Assembly: GCF_001306055.1 (NCBI RefSeq)
Contig: NZ_LGHJ01000013.1
Location: 150,001 to 182,000, forward strand
Reading direction: 5' to 3'
Length of the DNA: 32,000 nt
Source of the DNA: Bellilinea caldifistulae
Lineage (GTDB): Bacteria > Chloroflexota > Anaerolineae > Anaerolineales > Anaerolineaceae
Part shown: positions 17,340-26,279 of the stretch, piece by piece
How the letters are laid out: every line of letters begins with the position of its first letter
Position numbering within the stretch: position 1 is the first letter of the stretch
Made by a program: the position numbers and the translations under genes
The notes under the pieces: generated by a model
Database searches by the model: none
What the model was told of the DNA's origin: nothing
The model's input: the letters and a program-made list of their open reading frames with translations, nothing else

Positions 17340-18463
17340 CCCCCACCGCCCCCATTCTTTTGCCAGATCCGCTCAATCACCATTAACACTTGCTGAAGAC
17401 CCAGACGGATTGGGGGAATTTCAAGGTATTCGCTGAAGGTGTGGGGAGCGCCTCCGCGCGTCAGACCCAAACATACCGCAGGTATGCCCTGACTGAGGGG
17501 AATATTCGCATCGGTTGAGCCAATCTCCAGCACCGCCGGTACATGCAATTCCGCCAGACATTCCAGCGCCAGTTTGACCAGTGGATGAGATGGACGGATA
17601 CTCCCTGCCGGGCGGACGCCAATTAATTCCATTTCAAAGTGTACCCCTTTGCGTTCTCTGCCCGCAACAATCCGTTTGACCCGTTGGACAAGGCGGTTCA
17701 AGCCGTTTTGATCCTCCGAACGCAGGTCAACTTCACAAAATGCACTGGCAGCAAGCGTATTAATGGAAGTGCCTCCCTGCACAATGCCTACATTCAGGCT
17801 GGAGCGCGGTTTTTGGGGCAAGATGATTTCTGCCATGGTATGAATGACCGCCGCCAGTTCGTGAATGGCAGAAGGTTCACCCTGATTAACCCACGCATGG
17901 CCGCCCTGACATTGAGCCGTGATCCGGTAGCGCGCAACACCCAATCCCCGATGGCAAACCTGTCCCAGACCCAAACCCTCCAAAACCACGTAAGCCTGCA
18001 CAGCCCCACCAAACCGCTCCACCACTGCCCTCATGCCGGCCAGGTTGCCAAGACCTTCCTCACACACATCCGCTACCAACCAGATATCCCCTTCAAACCG
18101 TGCACCCTGTTGCACCAGACACTTGCCAATCGTCAACAAAGCTGCCAGTCCCAGCGCATTATCGGCTGCACCGGGGCCGGTGATTTTTCCGGTGGTGACT
18201 TCCAGCGGTAAAGGTAAATCGGCGGGATGAACCGAATCAAGATGAGCCGAGAGAATCAAAGGCGGCGCCTTGCCCCCTTTCCATCTGGCAAACACATTAT
18301 TTTGCTCATCCAGGAAAACCTCATCTATCCCCATTCGCAAAAATTCATCGCGCAGGTAGATCGCCCGGCGGCCTTCCTGAAAAGTCGGCGCCGGAATCTG
18401 TTGAATTCGAGCAGTCTGCTCAACAATATAATCCAGCAGTTCGGCGGGTAATGCGATCATCAA
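17336..18463 (-). CDS. M20 family metallopeptidase/deacylase (ArgE/DapE/PepT-like)
   Basis: Motifs LILSAHLDSVH, PGAADNALG and CEEGLGNLAG, plus an inserted dimerisation-type domain. The start overlaps the upstream gene stop (ATGA). Confidence 0.8.
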   Translation of the reverse strand: MMIALPAELLDYIVEQTARIQQIPAPTFQEGRRAIYLRDEFLRMGIDEVFLDEQNNVFARWKGGKAPPLILSAHLDSVHPADLPLPLEVTTGKITGPGAADNALGLAALLTIGKCLVQQGARFEGDIWLVADVCEEGLGNLAGMRAVVERFGGAVQAYVVLEGLGLGQVCHRGLGVARYRITAQCQGGHAWVNQGEPSAIHELAAVIHTMAEIILPQKPRSSLNVGIVQGGTSINTLAASAFCEVDLRSEDQNGLNRLVQRVKRIVAGRERKGVHFEMELIGVRPAGSIRPSHPLVKLALECLAELHVPAVLEIGSTDANIPLSQGIPAVCLGLTRGGAPHTFSEYLEIPPIRLGLQQVLMVIERIWQKNGGGGG

Positions 18464-19476
18464 ATTTTACTCACCATCTCGCGCAGTTTTTCCAATCGCA
18501 TTTTGGGTAAACCGGGCAACACATCCAGCGCATAAAAGGGGCCGCTGCCTTCCACCACAATAGACGCTGAGATGTTACCCCACAAAGCAGCTTCCAGCGG
18601 GTCGTAAGTCTGACGCAGACCGGCCAGAAAACCTCCGCAAAAGGCATCCCCCGCTCCGGTTGGATCAACCACGCGGGCAGGATAAGCAGGAATCACCCAG
18701 CGTTGATGACCCGACCGCGAGTAAACCCATTGACCCTGACTTCCGCGCTTAATCACCACAATTTCACAGTCAAATGAGCTTAGCCGCTCGGCCATTTCCC
18801 ACAGGTCATCCGTTAAACCTTCGTACAAACGGCGTAATTTCCTTTCTGAACATACAATGGCGCTAACCCCTCTCAACATCGCCGGGATGTCGTCCCGAAA
18901 AGTCGGATTCATGCTGCCCTCGGAAGGATCCATGGTCAAAGTAGTAATTTGTCCTCGCCGAAAGAGGGAAGGTAGCAAAGCCTGCGTCAGATAATCAATC
19001 GGGGCTATATGGGCAGCCGTGGCATCCAGAAAATCCGGCGGAAAATCGCCGGCGCGAATTGTCCAATCGGTTGGTTGCACCCGGCTGTCAACCTGACTGG
19101 CCGGCAGAGAATAACCCAGCAGCGCTTTCGGAAAAGGAAGCCCCAGTCTTGAAAAGTGCGCCAGAGGGGCATCCGATACCTCTTCATCGCCATTCGGATA
19201 GGCTGCAAAATAACGCGTTTCCAGCGCTGAGGGCAGGATTTTAATTCCCCGACAATCAAAACCCCGTGCGGTAAACTGATCGAGCCAATCGTGCGGATAA
19301 TCTTCACCTACCCGTCCAATCAACCCGATTCCCTGATCCCACAACCTGACACCGACTGCCGTATAAATCAGACTGCCGCCGGGAATATCCAGCGCTGGTT
19401 TACCGTTCAAAGGAAGGATAAAATCCCGCCTTAACTTTCCGGCAATCAAATAGCGAATAAAAGGAGCGCTTTCCAA
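18460..19476 (-). CDS. PfkB family carbohydrate/nucleoside kinase
   Basis: C-terminal signature DPTGAGDAFCGGFLAG and the N-terminal GG motif IPGGSLIY. TTG start. Confidence 0.85.
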   Translation of the reverse strand: MESAPFIRYLIAGKLRRDFILPLNGKPALDIPGGSLIYTAVGVRLWDQGIGLIGRVGEDYPHDWLDQFTARGFDCRGIKILPSALETRYFAAYPNGDEEVSDAPLAHFSRLGLPFPKALLGYSLPASQVDSRVQPTDWTIRAGDFPPDFLDATAAHIAPIDYLTQALLPSLFRRGQITTLTMDPSEGSMNPTFRDDIPAMLRGVSAIVCSERKLRRLYEGLTDDLWEMAERLSSFDCEIVVIKRGSQGQWVYSRSGHQRWVIPAYPARVVDPTGAGDAFCGGFLAGLRQTYDPLEAALWGNISASIVVEGSGPFYALDVLPGLPKMRLEKLREMVSKI

Positions 19477-19508
19477 AAGACCCCCGCCCGGCGCAATCGT
19501 TTATTGAA

Positions 19509-19712
19509 TTACTTTTTCGAACCGGCTATATCGGCAATCAACCGCAGTAATCCCAATACGCCTACACCGACTTTCACCCCATCTCCGGCAGTTAAACGAG
19601 GCATCTGTTGGGTCTCTTCTGCCCGTTGAATGAGGAGAAGCGCGGCAATGATCCCGGCAGCTGCCCCAAGTAAGCCCCCAATCACGATTATTTTGGTTTT
19701 CCAGTTATCCAT
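19509..19712 (-). CDS. Small hypothetical membrane protein (67 aa)
   Basis: Two hydrophobic Gly/Ala-rich helices (IIVIGGLLGAAAGIIAALLLI and VGVGVLGLLRLIADIAG). AGAGGA ribosome-binding site upstream of the ATG. It lies in an operon position between two same-strand genes. Confidence 0.6.
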   Translation of the reverse strand: MDNWKTKIIVIGGLLGAAAGIIAALLLIQRAEETQQMPRLTAGDGVKVGVGVLGLLRLIADIAGSKK

Positions 19713-19752
19713 CAGAAATCCTCTTGGAATGAAGTGAGATTAAGGCTGAAAC

Positions 19753-20181
19753 TCAACGGCGGATGACTCTGGAACGCAGGTAACGGAAACCAGCTACCCA
19801 TCCACCCCAGCGGATGAAAGGCCGGGCAAGCCGATCACAGAAGGCTCGCACCTGCAACACCATCACCTGTGAATACACCTGACCAACCCGCAAGTAAGGA
19901 GGAAGCACCTTCAGGAGCTTATTCATTAGATAAATCAGACCGATATTCAACGCCAGAAACAGGACAGCGAAGAGAATCAGCGGACTGATCAGCCAGATAA
20001 TGGAAATGGCTGCCCAATGACCGGTACGCGAAGTCCCCAGCGTGGGGGTGAGTACCATAAGCAGTCCCAAACCCAAAAACATCAGTCCCGCCAATATTAC
20101 CGGCATGAAGATCTGCCAGATAACCTCGCGGCGATGTTTTTGGAAAGAAGGTGAAGGAGGAGTTTTACTTTCCAATCCCAT
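19753..20181 (-). CDS. Hypothetical integral membrane protein (142 aa)
   Basis: Three hydrophobic helices and a basic C-terminal tail. The ATG is directly preceded by an extended -10 element. Confidence 0.6.
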   Translation of the reverse strand: MGLESKTPPSPSFQKHRREVIWQIFMPVILAGLMFLGLGLLMVLTPTLGTSRTGHWAAISIIWLISPLILFAVLFLALNIGLIYLMNKLLKVLPPYLRVGQVYSQVMVLQVRAFCDRLARPFIRWGGWVAGFRYLRSRVIRR

Positions 20182-20187
20182 GCAATT

Positions 20188-20196
20188 ATTGTAGCA
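20188..20196 (-). promoter_or_regulatory. Extended -10 promoter 6 nt from ATG 20181 (leaderless-type)
   Basis: The minus strand reads TGcTACAAT-AATTGC-ATG. A 10-nt direct repeat GTGTTTTTCA occurs twice at 20197-20218 and covers the -35 region. Confidence 0.5.
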
Positions 20197-20244
20197 TGAA
20201 AAACACGCTGAAAAACACCCGGATAAGCGATTGAAAAATGTGAC

Positions 20245-21105
20245 TTATGACGAAAGCCGTGTCTCCGCCCAAACCACGCGGGGCAATCCCTGTAAATCGT
20301 GGATGATTTGAACTTGAGCGGTCGGCAACCATCTGGTGGCAAGCTGGGTCACCGCTTCAGCCTGACTCGCTTCAATCTCCAACAGCAGCAATCCGCCTTT
20401 TGCGAGCCACCGCTCTGAATCCCGGAGCAAAGCAGCAATCCAATCCAAGCCTTCCGAACCGCCATCCAGGGCAAGTTGCGGTTCAAACCGGCCGACCGGC
20501 AAATGCGCCAGTTCGCCCGTGGGAATATACGGCAAATTCGCACAAACCAGATCAAACAGCCCCCCCAAGGCATCCAGCAAGTTACCGATAACAGGAAAGA
20601 TGCGCGGTGAAACGCCCAAACCCTCAAAATTACGACGGGCAATCAGCATCGCCTGCCACGAACGCTCCACCGCGACGCATTTCAAATCCGGCACATGATA
20701 AGCCAGCGAAGCGGCAATACAACCCGAGCCTGTCCCCACATCGGCTGCCATACGACGATTTGGGTGTGATTTCAACCAGTCCAGCGCTTTTTCGACCAGT
20801 ATTTCGGTTTCAGGACGCGGAATTAAGACTTCCGGTGAAACGTTGAAAGTCAGCCCAAAAAATTCACGGTGACCGGTCAGGTAAGCCAGCGGCTCACCCT
20901 GCTCAAAGCGGGTCAGCAGACTTGCCAGTTGTTCTTGCTGTTCATTTTCCAGCCTGTATTCGGGGTGGGCCAGTACAAATTCGCGGCTTTTCCCAAGCAC
21001 GTGAGCCAGGATCACCTGGGCTGCTAGCCCCCCATCTTCTATATTTTTCAACCTCCGCCGCGCAGACTTCAGCCAATCACCGGCATCACAGCTGGGCAGT
21101 TTCAT
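20245..21105 (-). CDS. prmC: Release factor glutamine N5-methyltransferase
   Basis: SAM-binding motif [10 protein letters not shown] and catalytic-loop motif CANLPYIP (a variant of NPPY). Located immediately downstream of prfA, overlapping it by 20 nt. Confidence 0.88.
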   Translation of the reverse strand: MKLPSCDAGDWLKSARRRLKNIEDGGLAAQVILAHVLGKSREFVLAHPEYRLENEQQEQLASLLTRFEQGEPLAYLTGHREFFGLTFNVSPEVLIPRPETEILVEKALDWLKSHPNRRMAADVGTGSGCIAASLAYHVPDLKCVAVERSWQAMLIARRNFEGLGVSPRIFPVIGNLLDALGGLFDLVCANLPYIPTGELAHLPVGRFEPQLALDGGSEGLDWIAALLRDSERWLAKGGLLLLEIEASQAEAVTQLATRWLPTAQVQIIHDLQGLPRVVWAETRLSS

Positions 21106-22156
21106 GGGCAGTCAGCCGCTCGGTTTCATCCCGCAAAGCCAGCTCTTCAATGAATTCGTCCAATTCGCCATCCATCACCGCTGGCAGATTGAAGGATGAA
21201 AGATTGATACGGTGATCCGTAACGCGGTTTTGCGGGTAATTGTAGGTGCGTATTTTTTCCGAACGCTCACCCGTGCCAACTTGCGACCGGCGCGTTTCAT
21301 CCAGTTCCTGCTGACGGCGATTTTCTTCAATTTCGTATAATTTGGCTCGTAAAATACTCATCGCCCGCAGGCGGTTTTGTAATTGAGAGCGCTCATCTTG
21401 ACACGCCACCACAATCCCGGTGGGGATGTGGGTGATGCGTACGGCTGTCGAGTTTTTCTGAACATTTTGTCCACCAGCACCCGCCGAGCGATAAATATCA
21501 ATCCGGATATCTGATTCCGGAATATCAATGTCCACTTCTTCCACCTCCGCCAGTACGGCCACGGTGACGGTGGACGTGTGAATCCGGCCGGAAGCTTCGG
21601 TTGCCGGCACCCGCTGGACGCGGTGAACGCCGGACTCGTATTTCAGGCGGGAGTACGCGCCTTTTCCTTTGACCATAAAGATAATCTCTTTGAAGCCGCC
21701 GATGCCGGTTTCGTTTTGAGAAAGAATTTCCACCGTCCAGTTGCGCCGTTCGGCATAACGGCTGTACATGCGAAACAGATCGGCTGCAAACAGAGCGGCT
21801 TCTTCACCGCCGGTTCCGGCGCGGATTTCCATAATCACATTGCGTTCGTCGCGTTTATCTTTGGGCAGCAAAAGCGCTTTGATTTCCCGTTCAAGTGCTT
21901 CCTGACGCGGCTCCAGTTCTTCTAAATCCTGCCGGGCAAGCAGACTGAGTTCTTCATCCTCACCATCCACCAGTTGACGGGCTTCCTCAATGCGTTTTAA
22001 TACCTGCCGGTATTCACGCCCTTTTTCGACAATTTCCTCCAAATCAGCGCGCTCCTTAGCCAGTTCAGCTGCCCGCTGATAATCATCACCCGCTTCTTCC
22101 AACAGCCGATTCAATTCTTCGTATCGTTCTTCGATCTTGGTAATTTTTTCCAGCAT
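21086..22156 (-). CDS. prfA: Peptide chain release factor 1
   Basis: PAT tripeptide anticodon in [15 protein letters not shown], and GGQ in [11 protein letters not shown]. The length and coiled N-terminus are typical of RF1. Confidence 0.95.
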   Translation of the reverse strand: MLEKITKIEERYEELNRLLEEAGDDYQRAAELAKERADLEEIVEKGREYRQVLKRIEEARQLVDGEDEELSLLARQDLEELEPRQEALEREIKALLLPKDKRDERNVIMEIRAGTGGEEAALFAADLFRMYSRYAERRNWTVEILSQNETGIGGFKEIIFMVKGKGAYSRLKYESGVHRVQRVPATEASGRIHTSTVTVAVLAEVEEVDIDIPESDIRIDIYRSAGAGGQNVQKNSTAVRITHIPTGIVVACQDERSQLQNRLRAMSILRAKLYEIEENRRQQELDETRRSQVGTGERSEKIRTYNYPQNRVTDHRINLSSFNLPAVMDGELDEFIEELALRDETERLTAHETAQL

Positions 22157-22193
22157 ACAGTTGACTTCCAGTCATTCAATTTGCAAGCATATT

Positions 22194-22202
22194 ATTATAC
22201 CA
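22194..22202 (-). promoter_or_regulatory. Extended -10 promoter of prfA
   Basis: The minus strand reads TGgTATAAT (consensus -10 with TGn) 37 nt upstream of ATG 22156. GGAAG ribosome-binding site lies in between. No good -35 at 17 nt; TTGACA sits at 23 nt. Confidence 0.5.
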
Positions 22203-22249
22203 GCCTGTGGCACCTGAACAAATGTCAATTATCCAAAGCAGCCGAGTAA

Positions 22250-23086
22250 TTAGATCTTGCTGATCAATTCAATGTTAATCGCCTGAATGCCTCCACCACG
22301 TTCAGAGCGCGCCAGTTCCATTTCGAATATATAACTTCGGCTGGGCAGCACCGTTGGACGCACCGCTTCGGGTAAATTCGAGTCATGAAAAAAGGCGGTT
22401 GCGTAGGGTGAATCCGGGTGGCGTGTATCGGTGAGCCATAAGCCGGGAGCTATGGATTTCAGGTAACGCATAAACCCATAACCCTGTTCGCTGTGCCAGT
22501 AACACCATCCTCGTACCCGTGACCCAACCTCGCCCCACTCCGGTTGATCGGTTTTGTAATTGTTGACCGGGATCAAATTTGGAATCAGGTAACCGGAGAT
22601 GAAAAAATCTGCTTCATGGCGCAGTTTGCTGGAAACATTGTCCAGCGCCATGACTTCTACCCTGCAGCCCTTATCCTGCAAGGCGCGCACCACCTGAACA
22701 AAATCGCCATCACCGCTGGCAAGCAGTACCCGATCAAGTTTGGCAGATTGCAGAAGCGCGTCCACAGCCAGATCTAAATCTGCGTTGGCTTTACCATAAC
22801 GGTTGCCGCTTTCATCCTCAAACCATTGGATTTCCTTGACAATCACCTTATAGCCCATATCCCGCAAGGCTGAATGAAAATTTTGAGTGCCTTTGCGGTA
22901 CACTTCATCCCATTCCGCCCGCTCGCGATCATAACTTACATAGGCATTCATACGCACAGGCTCGGCAAAATCACGACAGGCAAATTCTCGCAGTACATCG
23001 TACTGCATTTTCGATCCCCCGTTATTATAGATATAGGCTACATCCACATAAATACCGACTTTACTGCCACCACCTGATATGGGCAT
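22250..23086 (-). CDS. NYN (LabA/DUF88-like) nuclease domain fused to a cold-shock-like OB domain
   Basis: NYN motifs VGIYVDVAYIY and LLASGDGDFVQVV. The C-terminal region RVRGWCYWHSEQGYGFMRYL...TAFFHDSNL...YIFEMELARSERGGGIQAINIELI resembles a CSD with an insertion. ATG 23086 has AGGAGA 5 nt upstream, so the ORF-track start 23131 was rejected. Confidence 0.75.
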   Translation of the reverse strand: MPISGGGSKVGIYVDVAYIYNNGGSKMQYDVLREFACRDFAEPVRMNAYVSYDRERAEWDEVYRKGTQNFHSALRDMGYKVIVKEIQWFEDESGNRYGKANADLDLAVDALLQSAKLDRVLLASGDGDFVQVVRALQDKGCRVEVMALDNVSSKLRHEADFFISGYLIPNLIPVNNYKTDQPEWGEVGSRVRGWCYWHSEQGYGFMRYLKSIAPGLWLTDTRHPDSPYATAFFHDSNLPEAVRPTVLPSRSYIFEMELARSERGGGIQAINIELISKI

Positions 23087-23202
23087 ATATTCTCCTGAAC
23101 ACAGATATCTACGGAAAGTTTCATCCCCCAATAGGGGGGATTAATCACACCAAAATTTTATAATTTTTACACAGTTCAAAGGTATATTTTTTAGTTGCTC
23201 AA

Positions 23203-23231
23203 ATTCTATACCGCAATGCTAATTAAATCAA
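23203..23231 (-). promoter_or_regulatory. Candidate promoter of the NYN-CSD gene
   Basis: On the minus strand: TTGATT (23231-23226), a 17-nt spacer, then TAGAAT (23208-23203), within an AT-rich intergenic region. It predicts a 5' UTR of about 110 nt. Confidence 0.45.
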
Positions 23232-23263
23232 TAGTTGTACATCTTCTAATTTTCGCATTTCTT

Positions 23264-23304
23264 TAACAAAAACGGTGTGTCTCTGCTGGCAGAGGCACAC
23301 CGTT
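23264..23304 (-). terminator. Intrinsic terminator of the P-type ATPase gene
   Basis: The minus strand reads AACGGTGTGCCTCTGC-CA-GCAGAGACACACCGTT, a 16-position stem with one C-A mismatch, followed by TTTTGTT. The hairpin starts 22 nt after the stop. Confidence 0.7.
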
Positions 23305-23325
23305 TGGTTCAGATCACCCTCGTGT

Positions 23326-26082
23326 TTAAATTGATTCTTTTCTGCGCTGCACCCCCTTGAAAATTTCCACCGCAATAAAAACGAGCGTACTCAACCCAAA
23401 GCTTACCAGCAAATCCTCTGCCGGCAGCGCACGGGTATTGAACACATTCTGCAAAAATGGAACGTACACCACCGCCATTTGCAAGGCGAATGTCAACAAG
23501 ACCGCTCCCAGAAGAGACTTGTTTGAGAACAAGCCGATTTGAAACAGCGAATAGCGATTGGACCGGGTCGCCAGGACGTTCCCCATTTGCGCCAGAGTGA
23601 GGGTAGTGAATACCATCGTCTGCCAGGTTTCCGTCCTGCCGGTATTCAAAGCCCACAAGCCTGCCGCCAGTGAAACCAACCCCATCCACAGTCCAATCCA
23701 TAAAATATCCCGCGCCATCCCTCTCGCAAAGACATTCTCCTTCGGGGGGAAAGGCTTGCGCTTCATTGCATCCCGCTCAGCCGGTTCCACCGTTAGCGCC
23801 AGCCCCGGTAAACCGTCGGTCACAAGGTTGACCCATAAAATCTGAATCGGGGTCAGCGGGAGGGGCATTCCCAAAAACGGCCCGGCCAGCATCACCCAGA
23901 TTTCACCGGCATTGGAGGTCAATGTGTACTTGATAAATTTACGGATATTGTCGTAAATCCGCCGACCTTCCTCGATGGCGGCTACGATGGTTGCAAAGTT
24001 ATCGTCCAGCAAGACCATATCCGCCGCTTCTTTGGAAACATCGGTACCGGTGATTCCCATGGCAACCCCAATATCGGCTTTCTTTAGCGCCGGCGCATCG
24101 TTGACCCCATCTCCGGTCATTGCAACAATTTCACCTTTTTCTTGCAGTGCCTGCACGATTTTCAACTTATGTTCTGGAGAAACGCGCGCAAATACCGAAA
24201 CATGATCCAGCGCTTTTTTCAACTCTTCGAGGCTCATATTGGCCAGTTGCTGACCGGTAATCGCTTCGCCGTCAGGGGTGGTGATGCCCAGCTCGCGCGC
24301 AATGTGGAGTGCGGTCAAGGGATGATCTCCGGTAATCATGATTGGACGGACACCTGCCGATTTGGCGGTTGCCACGGCATCCTTAACCTCTGGACGGGCC
24401 GGGTCAATCATCCCCACCATCCCGATGAAAATTAAATTTTCTTCTTGAGGTTTTTCACATCCTTCCACCTGCTCCGGCGGACAAAGCCGGAAAGCCACTC
24501 CCAGCACCCGCATTCCCTTCATCGCCATTTCTTCATTGGCTTTTTCGATCCGCCGGCGCCATTCTGCATCGAGAGGCACACTCCGATCTTCAACCCACAC
24601 ACGGTTACATACTTCCAACAGGCTGTCCACCGCTCCCTTGGTGATGGAAATATATGGCTGCCAGATTTCGCTGGAAAGCACTCGCTCAGCCGTTTTTAAT
24701 ATCTGCGGTAACTCGTCTTGATTCAGGCGGTGAACAGTGGTCATCCGCTTGCGTTCCGAGTCGAAAGGCAATTCAGCCACGCGTGGCAGGGCTTTTTCCA
24801 GTTCATCCTTCCACAAACCCGCCCGTGCACCGGCGATTACCAGGGCACCTTCGGTCGGGTCGCCGACCGAAACAAAACCGCCGCGCGCACTTTCGTTGAC
24901 TTCGATGACCGCATCGTTGCACAATGTACCCCCAACCAGTAACAAAGCCACGGCTGGGTGTTCTACCAGCACCGGTTCAACTTTCCGCCGCTCGGGTATT
25001 GTCGGTGAATAATTTTGAACCTCCTCCAGAAAGTCAATCCGATTTCCAGCCACATCCACCACGGTAACCGTCATGCGGTTTTCGGTGAGGGTGCCGGTTT
25101 TGTCGGAACAAATCGTGGTTACCGAACCGAGGGTTTCCACAGCCGGTAATTTGCGAATCAACGCCCGGCGCTGGAGCATACGCTGAGCGCCAAGCGCCAG
25201 CGCAATGGTCACCACTGCCGGCAATCCTTCCGGTACGGCAGCAACCGCCATGCTGATGGCCGTCTGGAACATGATTCGGATCGGCTCACCGCGCAGGACT
25301 CCCAGTGCAAAGACAATCCCAACGATGACGAGGGCGGCCACAGCCAGCCCTTTACCCAGTTGTTCCAGACGTTTCTGGAGCGGCGTGGCTTCCTGCCCCA
25401 CCCCCTGAATCATATCGGCAATCCGTCCCAGTTCGGTTTGCATGCCGGTTTGCACCACCACTGCCGAACCACGTCCGTAGGTGGTCACCGTTCCCATGAA
25501 AACCATGTTGTGCTGGTCGGCCACCGGGATGTTCTCTCCCTTGATCACTTCAGTATTTTTTTCTACCGGCTCCGATTCACCGGTGAGAACTGCTTCCTGA
25601 ACCCGCAGGTTAACGGCTTCAATCAGTCGGCAATCAGCCGGAACCGCATCTCCCGCATCCAGCTGAATGACATCTCCCGGCACCAATTCACGGGAAGAAA
25701 TTTCAATCAAATGCCCATCCCGGTGAACTTTGACCTTTGGCGCCGCCATCTTTTTCAAAGCCGCCATCGCCCTTTCTGCACGGTATTCCTGCGTGAACCC
25801 CAACAACGCATTCAGCACCACGATGATCAGGATCACAATCGCATCGGTTACTTCGTGAAGCAGAATCGAAATGACCGCCGAGATAATCAGGATGACCACC
25901 ATGATCTCGGTTAATTGTTCCAGCAGTATTTTCCACGGGCTTTTCAAGCCCCGTTCAATCAATTCATTTGGGCCGTATTTTGCCCGCCTTTTTTCGACTT
26001 CTGCAGTGGTCAGACCATGCTTCAGGTCGGTTGAGAGTTCCGACTCAATTTCGTCGAGAGATTTCGAGTACCAGTTTTTCAT
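23326..26082 (-). CDS. P2A-type (SERCA/PMR1-like) cation-transporting ATPase, probable Mn2+ or Ca2+/Mn2+ exporter
   Basis: Motifs TGES (LTGESEPV), phosphorylation site [15 protein letters not shown] and [13 protein letters not shown]4 has VPEGLPAV and TM6 has [17 protein letters not shown] ribosome-binding site. The gene is preceded by a Mn2+ riboswitch. Confidence 0.92.
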   Translation of the reverse strand: MKNWYSKSLDEIESELSTDLKHGLTTAEVEKRRAKYGPNELIERGLKSPWKILLEQLTEIMVVILIISAVISILLHEVTDAIVILIIVVLNALLGFTQEYRAERAMAALKKMAAPKVKVHRDGHLIEISSRELVPGDVIQLDAGDAVPADCRLIEAVNLRVQEAVLTGESEPVEKNTEVIKGENIPVADQHNMVFMGTVTTYGRGSAVVVQTGMQTELGRIADMIQGVGQEATPLQKRLEQLGKGLAVAALVIVGIVFALGVLRGEPIRIMFQTAISMAVAAVPEGLPAVVTIALALGAQRMLQRRALIRKLPAVETLGSVTTICSDKTGTLTENRMTVTVVDVAGNRIDFLEEVQNYSPTIPERRKVEPVLVEHPAVALLLVGGTLCNDAVIEVNESARGGFVSVGDPTEGALVIAGARAGLWKDELEKALPRVAELPFDSERKRMTTVHRLNQDELPQILKTAERVLSSEIWQPYISITKGAVDSLLEVCNRVWVEDRSVPLDAEWRRRIEKANEEMAMKGMRVLGVAFRLCPPEQVEGCEKPQEENLIFIGMVGMIDPARPEVKDAVATAKSAGVRPIMITGDHPLTALHIARELGITTPDGEAITGQQLANMSLEELKKALDHVSVFARVSPEHKLKIVQALQEKGEIVAMTGDGVNDAPALKKADIGVAMGITGTDVSKEAADMVLLDDNFATIVAAIEEGRRIYDNIRKFIKYTLTSNAGEIWVMLAGPFLGMPLPLTPIQILWVNLVTDGLPGLALTVEPAERDAMKRKPFPPKENVFARGMARDILWIGLWMGLVSLAAGLWALNTGRTETWQTMVFTTLTLAQMGNVLATRSNRYSLFQIGLFSNKSLLGAVLLTFALQMAVVYVPFLQNVFNTRALPAEDLLVSFGLSTLVFIAVEIFKGVQRRKESI

Positions 26083-26110
26083 TGCATCATTGCTCCCGGT
26101 TAAGGATTAT

Positions 26111-26143
26111 AAAAAAAGACCATCACCAAATTGTGATGGTCTT
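26111..26143 (-). terminator. Riboswitch expression-platform terminator
   Basis: On the minus strand: AAGACCATCAC (26143-26133), loop AATTTG, GTGATGGTCTT (26126-26116), then TTTTT. The 5' arm overlaps the aptamer P1 3' strand. Confidence 0.8.
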
Positions 26144-26236
26144 GCCAAACGCCGTTTTCAGCGTCCGGGTTGCCGGAAGCATCTCGCTTCGTTTTGACGA
26201 CAGCCCGTCCTTCGAAAGGAGGCTACTCCCCATTAC
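26133..26236 (-). promoter_or_regulatory. yybP-ykoY: yybP-ykoY family Mn2+ riboswitch aptamer
   Basis: The minus strand reads GUAAUGGGGAGUAGCCUCCUUUCGAAGGACGGGCUGUCGUCAAAACGAAGCGAGAUGCUUCCGGCAACCCGGACGCUGAAAACGGCGUUUGGCAAGACCAUCAC. It matches the conserved blocks GGGGAGUAG, GUCGUCAA, CCGGC and UUUxGCAAGACC of the Lactococcus lactis yybP-ykoY aptamer as I recall it. It folds into the expected four-helix arrangement: P1 GUAAUGG/CCAUCAC, GGGCUGUC/GGCAACCC, GAAGC/GCUUC and ACGCU/GGCGU. Confidence 0.88.
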
Positions 26237-26242
26237 GGATTT

Positions 26243-26271
26243 ATCCTACCGCAACCCATTCAGGCTGTCAA
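26243..26271 (-). promoter_or_regulatory. Sigma70-type promoter driving the riboswitch-ATPase transcript
   Basis: On the minus strand: consensus TTGACA (26271-26266), a 17-nt spacer, then TAGGAT (26248-26243). The predicted start site is at about 26236, exactly at the start of aptamer P1. Confidence 0.7.
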
Positions 26272-26279
26272 GCACTTTT

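Noticed and set aside
17639-18211. 190-aa plus-strand ORF antisense to the M20 peptidase
   Set aside because: It is a shadow ORF opposite a gene with clear M20 motifs. No ribosome-binding site or promoter is evident.
23087-23131. N-terminal extension of the NYN ORF (track start 23131)
   Set aside because: ATG 23086 has AGGAGA 5 nt upstream. The extension would run through that ribosome-binding site, and its start codon at 23131 falls inside the 5' UTR hairpin (23124-23140).
23309-23701. 130-aa minus-strand ORF overlapping the ATPase 3' end in another frame
   Set aside because: It lies out of frame within a gene whose own frame encodes TM9-TM10 of a P-type ATPase. There is no independent support.
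25360-25914. 184-aa plus-strand ORF antisense to the P-type ATPase
   Set aside because: It is a shadow ORF. Its translation is His/Arg/Asn-rich with no motifs, and the opposite strand encodes conserved ATPase motifs.
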